Below, one piece after another: positions 8,779-16,299 of a stretch of 20,561 nt of DNA (position 1 is its first letter; each line of letters begins with the position of its first letter). Under the pieces are notes generated by a model that searched no databases, was not told where the DNA came from, and worked only from the letters and a program-made list of their open reading frames with translations. The DNA is from an uncultured virus (IMG/VR IMGVR_UViG_3300036800_000502) (taxonomy: Duplodnaviria > Heunggongvirae > Uroviricota > Caudoviricetes). Position numbers and translations under genes: made by a program. Location of the stretch: IMG/VR virus record IMGVR_UViG_3300036800_000502. One strand, given 5' to 3'.

Positions 8779-9198
8779 GTGGCACCCAAACGCAATCCCC
8801 CTCCGGTCAAGCTGGAGGCCAACAAGGATCTCCCGGAGCTAGCCCGGGCCACATCCCTCGGTCTCGGGGTGCTGCGCCACGCCAAGGTCTACTCCTGGTC
8901 GGATCTGGGCACCATGATGCCCGTCGGCCTGGAGTTGACCCAGGGCCAGTACGACCTGATGACCGCCAACGCTCAGTACCTCGGCCTCATCCGGTTCGGT
9001 TCGCCGGCCGGCCGGGAGAGAAAGCCGACGGTAACCATCGCTGTCTGCCCCGAATGCGACGGCTGGGTCCTGATGGCGTCGGGGCCTGCCCCGGCCAAGT
9101 GCAAGACGACCCTCGGGTGTACCGGCCATCCGATGAAGGCCGGGGTGGCCAAGAAGACCGAGATCAAACGCCAACCTCAACCCGCCCTATCGGCATAA
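8779..9198 (+). CDS. Hypothetical protein with possible Zn ribbon, 139 aa
   Basis: CPECxG...CKTTLGC. Start placed at GTG 8779 by motif B spacing; this also avoids overlap with the upstream gene. Confidence 0.7.
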   Translation: MAPKRNPPPVKLEANKDLPELARATSLGLGVLRHAKVYSWSDLGTMMPVGLELTQGQYDLMTANAQYLGLIRFGSPAGRERKPTVTIAVCPECDGWVLMASGPAPAKCKTTLGCTGHPMKAGVAKKTEIKRQPQPALSA

Positions 9199-9210
9199 CG
9201 GAGACGAACC

Positions 9211-9495
9211 ATGCAACTCGACATCCAGTCGAACCGGACCGGCCGGCTTCTCCGGTGGGTCGACGGCCAGTGGTCTGGGGACCCCGAGTGGGTCGAGATC
9301 GCCAAGCAGACGTGCCACCACCGCCAGCCCATCGCCCTCACTCCCACCGGACCGATCGTCGAGGCCGATGCCTCCGACCCGGTGTCGGTGGTAGCGGTGC
9401 TGTCGTCGGTGGTGACCGAGCCGGCCACCCTCGGCGGCGACTTCCCACCGGAGGTCGACGAAGCCTTCGAGCTCGAGCTGGGGGCAGTGGGCTGA
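9211..9495 (+). CDS. Small acidic hypothetical protein
   Basis: GGAG ribosome-binding site near 9200, GC3-rich codons, fills the intergenic gap. Confidence 0.7.
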   Translation: MQLDIQSNRTGRLLRWVDGQWSGDPEWVEIAKQTCHHRQPIALTPTGPIVEADASDPVSVVAVLSSVVTEPATLGGDFPPEVDEAFELELGAVG

Positions 9496-9511
9496 CGGGG
9501 CACCCGGCAGC

Positions 9512-9520
9512 GCCGCCCTC
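9512..9520 (+). promoter_or_regulatory. Upstream motif A, copy 2
   Basis: 9 nt before ATG 9530. Confidence 0.75.
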
Positions 9521-9529
9521 ATCCTGAGT

Positions 9530-9778
9530 ATGGACCCACCGACTAGCCCCGATCTATCCCGGGGAGAAGGGGTGCCTGCCTCGCCCGGCTCCACATTTCC
9601 CCGGTCCAAGGCACCCCGTCGGCAGGGGCCACCCACCGCAACAATCACCAAGGACAGCCCGACTCAATGGTTCGGCGATCGAGGACTCTGCCAGAACTGC
9701 GGGCTCATCGCTCACGAAGACCACGCCCTCGGCCTGGTCCACACCGGGACACTCCGGGCGGAGTGCAACCATCCATGA
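9530..9778 (+). CDS. Small Cys/His-containing hypothetical protein
   Basis: Motif A upstream; C-terminal CQNC...H..H...C. Confidence 0.6.
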   Translation: MDPPTSPDLSRGEGVPASPGSTFPRSKAPRRQGPPTATITKDSPTQWFGDRGLCQNCGLIAHEDHALGLVHTGTLRAECNHP

Positions 9779-9954
9779 AGTGCCAGATCGTTCGATCCGT
9801 GGACATTGGGAAGTGTCCGACGCTGAGGCTGGATGCGGGCCACTACCGAGAAGACGGATCTTGCGGGTGTAGGGGCCTCGATCCGCCGAGGGAACTCCCC
9901 CTCTACGTGTCACTGGCCGCAGCGGTAGCGACGGACTCATCAGGGACGAGGTAG
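9775..9954 (+). CDS. Small Cys-containing hypothetical protein, 59 aa
   Basis: ATGA overlap with the previous stop; MKCQIVRS...KCP...HYREDGSCGC. Confidence 0.5.
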   Translation: MKCQIVRSVDIGKCPTLRLDAGHYREDGSCGCRGLDPPRELPLYVSLAAAVATDSSGTR

Positions 9955-10013
9955 GACGCCTCCGACAGGGCGCCGGCGGCTCATTTTGAGGGACGGCCCC
10001 GGCGGTCAGTTTC

Positions 10014-10022
10014 GCCGCCCTC
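10014..10022 (+). promoter_or_regulatory. Upstream motif A, copy 3
   Basis: 9 nt before GTG 10032. Confidence 0.75.
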
Positions 10023-10031
10023 TAGCAGGGT

Positions 10032-11243
10032 GTGGGTACCGACCAGAATCGAGTCCGACCCGGCGTTCCGGCCGGTGGCCAGTTCGCCACCAACCCTCAC
10101 CCCGAGGCCTCGGGGCTCGACCTCTCGGACCTGGACCTGGTGGACCTCCCCGACGATCCGCAATCCACGAATCGCGATTCACGGATCGTCCCTCAACCAA
10201 ACCCGCCGGCACCGGTTGACCAGTTTCCCGGGTTGGCTCCAGGCGTCGCCGACCGGCTGGATCCCGAGGTGTTCCGTGACGCCCGCCAAGCGGTAGCCCT
10301 CATGGTCTCTCGCCCCGGTGATCCGGTGGCCGCAGCCAAGGCCGAACTGGCGGTCGGCAGGGTCGGCCTGATGGTCGACATGGCCGCCCGGTTGCAAGAG
10401 GTCAGGAACCAGGCCGACCTCGAGCTGCCCGACCCGCTCGACCCGGACTTCGTGGCCAACCGGGTCGCCGAGTCGGGCCAGGCCGTCCGCGAGGTGCTCG
10501 GCGCCATCCGGCCGCTGGGGTTGCCGGCCGGGGAGACCCTCGTCACCGTCGACTCCCACCGTCCGGCCGAACGGGCCTTCAACGCCGCCGCCGCCCAGTT
10601 CCCGGCAGACTGGCTGGCGGCGTCGCAGTCGCTCGCCATGCCCCTCCGGGCGCGGGTTTCGGCCGGCCGCAACCACTACATCGAGGCCAAGTCGTACCGA
10701 CACGACGAAGGCACCCAGCTGCGGGAGGCACGGGTGTGGGCGCACTCGCCGTTCACCGTCCCACCCGACAGCGCCACCAACATCGAGCGGACCGAGCACG
10801 GTGTGTCGTGGTCAGAGATCCGCCCGGTCAAAGTCAAGAGCACCAAGCGGGCCGCCATCATCACTGTCCCGTCGCCCGGTCGGAATCCCGCCTTTGCCGC
10901 CCGGGTCGCCACCCACGAGCTCACCCACCGGATGGAAGACGCCAACCACCAACTGGGCCGGCTCGAACAGGCGTTCCTCGACCGTCGGTGTGTGGACACC
11001 GACGGCAACCCCAACCGGACCCACTCCTACCGGGGGATCCGCCACAAGGAGCGGATCCGGGACGGCGGGTTCGTCGACGAGTACACCGGGAAGATCTATC
11101 CCGACCCGACCTACCGGGAGGTGCTCTCCACCGGCACCGAAGCGGTCTTCAACGGGGACCACGGTGGGCTGGTGGGGAGGGGAGGGGCCCAGCCCGACCC
11201 GGATCACCGGGCCTTTGTGCTGGGCTGCCTGGCCGTGGCCTAA
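10032..11243 (+). CDS. GGQFA-tagged zincin-like metallopeptidase
   Basis: N-terminal RVRPGVPAGGQFATNPHPE; C-terminal VATHELTHRME (HExxH) ... YTGKIY ... EVLSTG (third-ligand Glu helix). Confidence 0.75.
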   Translation: MGTDQNRVRPGVPAGGQFATNPHPEASGLDLSDLDLVDLPDDPQSTNRDSRIVPQPNPPAPVDQFPGLAPGVADRLDPEVFRDARQAVALMVSRPGDPVAAAKAELAVGRVGLMVDMAARLQEVRNQADLELPDPLDPDFVANRVAESGQAVREVLGAIRPLGLPAGETLVTVDSHRPAERAFNAAAAQFPADWLAASQSLAMPLRARVSAGRNHYIEAKSYRHDEGTQLREARVWAHSPFTVPPDSATNIERTEHGVSWSEIRPVKVKSTKRAAIITVPSPGRNPAFAARVATHELTHRMEDANHQLGRLEQAFLDRRCVDTDGNPNRTHSYRGIRHKERIRDGGFVDEYTGKIYPDPTYREVLSTGTEAVFNGDHGGLVGRGGAQPDPDHRAFVLGCLAVA

Positions 11244-11268
11244 CCCGCACCGGCTGATCGCCCCGATC

Positions 11269-11277
11269 GCCGCCCTC
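11269..11277 (+). promoter_or_regulatory. Upstream motif A, copy 4
   Basis: 9 nt before GTG 11287. Confidence 0.75.
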
Positions 11278-11286
11278 TATGTGGGT

Positions 11287-12609
11287 GTGACCGACTTCGT
11301 TCCGAACCGGGTACGGCCAGGGATCCCCACAGGCGGACAGTTCGCGGCCAGCCAGCGGGCCGAGTCCGGGGTCAGGTTGTCAGAGATCGAGCCAGAGCCA
11401 ACGGAGACCGAATGGACCTTGGCTAAGGATCTCCAGCCAGGAGACCGGTTCCAGGTCGGCGACGGCCCAGTCGTTGTCGTGGACGAGTTCATCCCCGACG
11501 GGAGCGCCTATGAGAACGGGTCTCCCGTAAACCCGGAAGTGCCTCACGACGCTCTGGGGAGAACCCAAGATCTGGTGAGATGCCACCTTGAGACCGGGGA
11601 CCGCTCCGGGTATCAGCTGTTCGGTCGGGGCGGCGGTGTCCACAAGCTGGTCGGAGAGACCAGGCCCCAAGACTTCGCCGAGCTCGTAGCGGCCCGCCAA
11701 GCCTCCATCGAGGGGGAGGGGTACGTGCCGGCCATAGCTCACTCGTACGTGACCAGCCCCGGCTCTTCGGCCCATCGCCAAGAGTGGTGGGACAAGAGCT
11801 TCGTGGCCGCCGAGTACGGCGACCACCAAGCCGGCGAGTACCCCCACATGCCCGACGACTACACCCCGTCGCACGGGAGGGGGAGATCCCTCGACGGCCA
11901 CCGCCGTACCCACCGGATGGCCTACCGGGGAGCCGGGGTGACCCTCCGGATGCCGTCGGCCACCGCCATCAAGGCGTTCGCCAAGGAGACCCCCGGCCAC
12001 ACCTTCGACATCCCGGTCTCGGCCACCCACCCCGAAGGCCAGGTCGCCGGCTGGGTGCGGGTCACCGTGGACTCCGACGGAAACTGGGCCACCCGGGGTC
12101 TGGGGTTCGACCCGGCCGACGCCGCCTACGTCTCGGAGTCCGTCCAGTGCGTGCTGTCGGCCCGCCGGCCGTCCCGGGCACTGGCGGAGACCGGGGACAT
12201 CCTGGAGCGCCGGCGGGAGCGGGCTGCTCACATCGGGGCCAGGACCACTCCGGTGGTCTCGGGATGGGTGAGAGCCGTCGGCTTCGACAAGTCCACCTCC
12301 ACCATGGTGATGACCACCGCCGCCCACCAGTACGGGTTCCAGGTCCCCAGCTCTATCTACCAAGAGCTGGCGGCCTCGGACGCCCCCGGTCAGGTGTTCA
12401 ACCAAAAGGTCAAGGGCCGGGCGGTTCGGATCGAGGTCAACCAGTGCCCCAAGTGCTCCCGGTTCACCGCCGACGGGACCAGCCACCGGTGCCCGCCGAA
12501 GGAATCCCGCCCGTCAGCCCCCACCTACGCCAGCCGGCTGGCCCGCCAGCGGGCCCGGACCGCCCGATGGGGACGATCCCGGCCAGTGCCGCCCTCTAAC
12601 AGAACATGA
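11287..12609 (+). CDS. GGQFA-tagged multidomain protein with KTSC-like domain and CxxC-HxC finger, 440 aa
   Basis: MTDFVPNRVRPGIPTGGQFAASQRAE; VVSGWVRAVGFD...YGFQVPSSIYQELAASDAPGQVFNQKVKG matches the KTSC pattern; CPKC...HRC. Confidence 0.75.
   Translation: MTDFVPNRVRPGIPTGGQFAASQRAESGVRLSEIEPEPTETEWTLAKDLQPGDRFQVGDGPVVVVDEFIPDGSAYENGSPVNPEVPHDALGRTQDLVRCHLETGDRSGYQLFGRGGGVHKLVGETRPQDFAELVAARQASIEGEGYVPAIAHSYVTSPGSSAHRQEWWDKSFVAAEYGDHQAGEYPHMPDDYTPSHGRGRSLDGHRRTHRMAYRGAGVTLRMPSATAIKAFAKETPGHTFDIPVSATHPEGQVAGWVRVTVDSDGNWATRGLGFDPADAAYVSESVQCVLSARRPSRALAETGDILERRRERAAHIGARTTPVVSGWVRAVGFDKSTSTMVMTTAAHQYGFQVPSSIYQELAASDAPGQVFNQKVKGRAVRIEVNQCPKCSRFTADGTSHRCPPKESRPSAPTYASRLARQRARTARWGRSRPVPPSNRT
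12588..12596 (+). promoter_or_regulatory. Upstream motif A, copy 5 (inside the 3' end of the previous CDS)
   Basis: 9 nt before ATG 12606. Confidence 0.75.
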
Positions 12610-13385
12610 CCACCTCCAACCCGAACCGAGTTCAACCCGGAGTTCCGGCCGGCGGCCAGTTCGCCGCCCAACACCGCCCCGAGTCGGACCTGAAGATCGG
12701 CCGCCGCAACCCGTTCGTCGACATGTCGGACGACGAGATCATCCAAGCCGTCCGTCAGGCCTTCGATTCGGCCACCCCCAGCTTTCTGGAGGAAGTGGCC
12801 AGTGCCGACGCCCCCGAGCTTCGGATGTTGGCGGCGCAGAACCCGAACACGCCGGAACCCGCCTTGGAGCGGCTGTCCGAGGACACCGATCGCAACGTGA
12901 GCAGCGCCGCCAACACGACCCTCCGTTTCCGGAACGACAACTCCGACCCGCCGCCGGATGTCGACGAGGACGACGAACCGGACCCCGAAGACCCCGAAGG
13001 TCCGGACACCATCCCCGACTACATCGGTGCCGTCCACTACGCCCTCTTCCCCGAGGGGGAGACCCAGCGAGCGCGCCGGGGCCACGAGTTCCTCCCTCCG
13101 GAGCTGATCCACGCTCTCCCCGAGCTGTACTCGACCGAGGGTGTGTCATTGGCCGAAAAGCAGATCCACGCCCACTACTTCGTCGGGGGCTGCGACTGGT
13201 ACATCGCCGAGCTGGACCGGTCGGACGGGACAGCTTTCGGTCACTGCGACCTCGGCATGGGCTTCCCCGAGTGGGGGTACGTGAACCTGGTGGAGCTGGA
13301 GTCGACCTCGACCAACGCCGGGTTCCCCGTCGAGCGGGACTGCTACTTCACCCCGGCCACGGCCAAAGAACTTGGGCTGGCATGA
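12606..13385 (+). CDS. GGQFA-tagged protein with LRV/HEAT-like repeat and C-terminal DUF2958-like domain
   Basis: RVQPGVPAGGQFAAQHRPE; AAQNPNTPEPALERLSEDTD; HYFVGGCDWYIAELD...AFGHCDLGMGFPEWGYVNLVEL...VERDCYF. Confidence 0.8.
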   Translation: MTTSNPNRVQPGVPAGGQFAAQHRPESDLKIGRRNPFVDMSDDEIIQAVRQAFDSATPSFLEEVASADAPELRMLAAQNPNTPEPALERLSEDTDRNVSSAANTTLRFRNDNSDPPPDVDEDDEPDPEDPEGPDTIPDYIGAVHYALFPEGETQRARRGHEFLPPELIHALPELYSTEGVSLAEKQIHAHYFVGGCDWYIAELDRSDGTAFGHCDLGMGFPEWGYVNLVELESTSTNAGFPVERDCYFTPATAKELGLA

Positions 13386-14134
13386 CCCCGATGGCCCGCC
13401 AACCCAAGGGCATCCCCACCGGCGGCCAGTTCGCCTCAGTGGCCAGCCCCGAGTCGGAGGTGGAACTGGAGGAGCCGGCGTTCGAGGACCGCCTGTTCGC
13501 CACACTCGAAGATCCCGACAGGGTGGAAGTCCCCGGGTACACGGCGGTCTACCAGTATCTCCAAGAGATGGTCGAGGTGGCCAACATCGGGGGCGACGAT
13601 GTGCGGGAGATGGTCCTGACGTCTCTCGATGAGATGACCGACATCCTGGCCAGTGTCAAAGAAACGGTAGCGAGGGTGGATGAACTATCGGCCATCGGCC
13701 ATCACTCACCGGCCTACCTGGCTGAGTTGGAACGGCGCCAGCAAGACCGGGCCGCCTTCACCCAGGCCGCCGTCTCCGGGTACGTCACCGAGGCTCTCGA
13801 TATGGCCAAACGGTCGAGGGAGAACCGTTGGCACCACATCTTCAGTGCGACCACGATCACTCCGAAGGCCAGGGAAAGGATCGAACAAGAGGTCCGCATC
13901 TTCTGTGAAGCGGCCATGGATTCCATGCTCTGTACCGGCCAAGTCGCTGAGCAGTTCGGCAAGGACCTCTACCAGAGCCGGAACGGAACCGGCCGCGGGT
14001 TTGAGAACTCGCAGGGGTTGGAGGATCCGTCAGCCATCGCCGACACCAAGTCCCTCGCTGTCCTGGCCGCCGTCTACGTCCCGTCCCGGCTGGTCGCCGG
14101 AACGGACGGGAAGCTCCACATCGTCGAGGGTTGA
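13382..14134 (+). CDS. GGQFA-tagged hypothetical protein, 250 aa
   Basis: ATGA overlap with the previous stop; MTPMARQPKGIPTGGQFASVASPE (alternative ATG 13391). Confidence 0.75.
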   Translation: MTPMARQPKGIPTGGQFASVASPESEVELEEPAFEDRLFATLEDPDRVEVPGYTAVYQYLQEMVEVANIGGDDVREMVLTSLDEMTDILASVKETVARVDELSAIGHHSPAYLAELERRQQDRAAFTQAAVSGYVTEALDMAKRSRENRWHHIFSATTITPKARERIEQEVRIFCEAAMDSMLCTGQVAEQFGKDLYQSRNGTGRGFENSQGLEDPSAIADTKSLAVLAAVYVPSRLVAGTDGKLHIVEG

Positions 14135-14150
14135 GGGGTCCCGGGCCGGC

Positions 14151-14159
14151 GCCGCCCTC
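14151..14159 (+). promoter_or_regulatory. Upstream motif A, copy 6
   Basis: 9 nt before ATG 14169. Confidence 0.75.
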
Positions 14160-14168
14160 ATTATGAGC

Positions 14169-14411
14169 ATGGTCAGCAAGTCGGCATTCGTCAATGGGGC
14201 GGTAACCGGAGCGGTCGTTGTAACAGTGATGGCACTCGGCCTCGGCGCCGCTGGCTGGGCCTACCTGGCCTGGTTGCTCGGCACCAGCCTGGTCGCCGGG
14301 ACTGCCTGGCACCTCCGGGCCGTCCGGAGGGCTGCGTATGCCCATCAGCGGGCCTACCAGGCCGCCTGGGCCCGTCGTAGCCGCCAGGGCTCGGACCTGC
14401 CGGTCGGCTGA
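14169..14411 (+). CDS. Small membrane protein, 80 aa
   Basis: Two hydrophobic segments and an Arg-rich C-terminal tail; motif A upstream. Confidence 0.65.
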   Translation: MVSKSAFVNGAVTGAVVVTVMALGLGAAGWAYLAWLLGTSLVAGTAWHLRAVRRAAYAHQRAYQAAWARRSRQGSDLPVG

Positions 14412-14431
14412 GTTGGCTGGCCGGCAGGATC

Positions 14432-14440
14432 GCCGCCCTC
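14432..14440 (+). promoter_or_regulatory. Upstream motif A, copy 7
   Basis: 9 nt before GTG 14450. Confidence 0.75.
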
Positions 14441-14449
14441 TATATGGGC

Positions 14450-15481
14450 GTGACTACCACCTCCGTCATCCCCAACCGCCAGCCGCCGGGCGTCCCTATC
14501 GGTGGCCAGTTCGCCGCCAAGGTCACCCCGGAGTCCGACCTCGAGCTCGTCGACCCCTCCCAGGCCGTACCGGACCCCTCTGAGACCCCCATCGAGCCCA
14601 AGCTGAGCGACCTCGGGCGGGACGACCGGATCAAGGCTCTCCGGGACGAGATCGACCGAGCCATGGACAACCTCTCTTCTGAGGAGGGGTGGCGAGCCTT
14701 TCTCGACTCCAACGCCAAGTTCCACAAGTACAGCTTCGGCAACCAGATGCTCATTGCCTGGCAGAACCCCGACGCCACCCGGGTGGCCGGCTTCAACACC
14801 TGGAAAAACGAGTTCGGACGGACCGTCAACAAGGGCGAGAAGGCCCTCTGGATCCTCGCCCCGGTGGTCAAGAAGATCAAGGAGAAGAACGCCGATACCG
14901 GGGTGGAAGAGGAGAAGGGCCGGACCGTCGGTTTCCGAGGCGTCGGCGTCTTCGACATCAGCCAGACCTCCGGCCCGGACCTGCCCGAGGACCCGAGGAT
15001 CGCCCAGAGCGAGCTCGACGAGGACGAGATCCCCGACGGCATGGTCGACGACATGAGCCGGGTCATCGAGGCCAACGGTTTCAAGATCGAGTTCGGCGAC
15101 ACCGGCAAGGCCGGCGGTTGGACCGACTACCGGACCAAGACGGTACGGATCTCAGACGATGCCACTCCTGCCGGCAAAGTGAGGACTCTCGCCCACGAGG
15201 CGGCCCACATTGCCCTCGGCCACGGCGAGGCCATCAACGAGTACCACACCAGCCCGGGCGGCAAGCGCCCCGACATGGAGGTGGAGGCCGAGTCAGTGGC
15301 GTACGTGCTCAGCCGCCACTACGGGATGTCGACCATCGGGAACCAGTCGTTTGGCTACATCGACGGGTGGGCCAAGGGCAACAAAGACCTCGTGAAGAAA
15401 ACCGCCGAGAAGGTGATCGCCGGGGTCCGGACCGTCCTCGACCAGGCTGCGCCACAGTCGACAGAGCCGGCGGCGGCGTGA
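14450..15481 (+). CDS. GGQFA-tagged ArdC-like protein (ssDNA-binding domain plus HExxH zincin domain)
   Basis: WRAFL...FHKYSFGNQMLI..QNPDATRVAGFNTWK..GRTVNKGEKALWILAP...VFDISQT (ArdC-N/DUF1738 pattern); TLAHEAAH...EVEAESVAY. Alternative ATG 14444. Confidence 0.88.
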   Translation: MTTTSVIPNRQPPGVPIGGQFAAKVTPESDLELVDPSQAVPDPSETPIEPKLSDLGRDDRIKALRDEIDRAMDNLSSEEGWRAFLDSNAKFHKYSFGNQMLIAWQNPDATRVAGFNTWKNEFGRTVNKGEKALWILAPVVKKIKEKNADTGVEEEKGRTVGFRGVGVFDISQTSGPDLPEDPRIAQSELDEDEIPDGMVDDMSRVIEANGFKIEFGDTGKAGGWTDYRTKTVRISDDATPAGKVRTLAHEAAHIALGHGEAINEYHTSPGGKRPDMEVEAESVAYVLSRHYGMSTIGNQSFGYIDGWAKGNKDLVKKTAEKVIAGVRTVLDQAAPQSTEPAAA

Positions 15482-15498
15482 GCGGGCTGTTGGCCCCG

Positions 15499-15507
15499 GC
15501 CGCCCTC
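15499..15507 (+). promoter_or_regulatory. Upstream motif A, copy 8
   Basis: 9 nt before GTG 15517. Confidence 0.65.
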
Positions 15508-15516
15508 ATCAAAACT

Positions 15517-15558
15517 GTGCAGACTCCCGGTACCCCCGACCCCCAACACCAGGCCTGA
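15517..15558 (+). CDS. Putative 13-aa leader mini-ORF (MQTPGTPDPQHQA)
   Basis: Starts at the motif A position and stops 3 nt before the in-frame GTG of the next gene. Confidence 0.35.
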   Translation: MQTPGTPDPQHQA

Positions 15559-15561
15559 CCG

Positions 15562-16299
15562 GTGCTGGGTCGCGACCATGCCCTCCTGGGCGCTGTCGGG
15601 TGGGTAGGCCTGGCCCCGCTGGTGGCTCCCCAGTTCGCCCACACCACTCTGTCGCCGGCGGAGATCGGCATTGGCGGAGTGGTGAGCGCCGCCTTCGCCC
15701 TCGTCCCCGACATCGACGAGCCCGGCAGCACCGTCTCCCGGAAGCTCGGTCCGATCAGCGAGGCCGTCTCCCACCTCACCAAGGCCCTGGCTGGTGGACA
15801 CCGGAAGGCCACCCACAGCCTGTTGTTCGTTGGAGCGGTCGGGGTAGCCACCGTCATCGCCGCGCACTACATGATCGCCCCGGCGGTCATCGTCGGACTG
15901 TCGTTCCTGTTGGTGTTCCGGATGCTGGTCCCCAGGATGTTCCGGTTCCTGCCGCTGGTGAGCCTGGGCATGGTCGGCCTGGCCGGACTGTCGGCGTGGT
16001 GGATCTTCCGTCACTCAGGGATGGAGGGCTGGCTCCCGTACGCCTGTGCCGGCGGGATCCTCTGGCACATGATCGGAGACACCCTGACCGTCGAGGGGGT
16101 CCCATACTTCTGGCTGCCCGGCGTCAAGCGGCTTCAGGACGCCAGGATCGCCGTCCCGCTCGTCGGCCACTGCGGATCCGTCCGCGAGACGTTCCTCGGG
16201 TGGGTCATGGGACTCGGGTTGCTGTGGATGTCGGCCATCTTGGTGCTGCTGCCCCTGGTCCACTCCACCTGGCCGACAATCAAGCTCCCAGCCACCTGA
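15562..16299 (+). CDS. YdjM-like membrane-bound metal-dependent hydrolase
   Basis: MLGRDH, ALVPDIDEPGS, HRKATHS and HMIGDTLT..G motifs; multiple transmembrane helices. Confidence 0.85.
   Translation: MLGRDHALLGAVGWVGLAPLVAPQFAHTTLSPAEIGIGGVVSAAFALVPDIDEPGSTVSRKLGPISEAVSHLTKALAGGHRKATHSLLFVGAVGVATVIAAHYMIAPAVIVGLSFLLVFRMLVPRMFRFLPLVSLGMVGLAGLSAWWIFRHSGMEGWLPYACAGGILWHMIGDTLTVEGVPYFWLPGVKRLQDARIAVPLVGHCGSVRETFLGWVMGLGLLWMSAILVLLPLVHSTWPTIKLPAT

Noticed and set aside
10801..11286. 602-aa version of the KTSC protein; likewise long 5' extensions at 13271, 13680, 15600, 8656 and 2673
   Set aside because: They overlap upstream genes. Motif spacing, tag position and stop-start overlaps define later starts.
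11410..11660. Hint/intein domain suggested by WTLAKDLQPGDRF
   Set aside because: No N-terminal Cys/Ser block, TxxH or terminal HN motif. It may be a small beta-barrel instead.
14169..14411. Holin call for the small membrane protein
   Set aside because: The topology is compatible, but there is no adjacent endolysin or specific motif.
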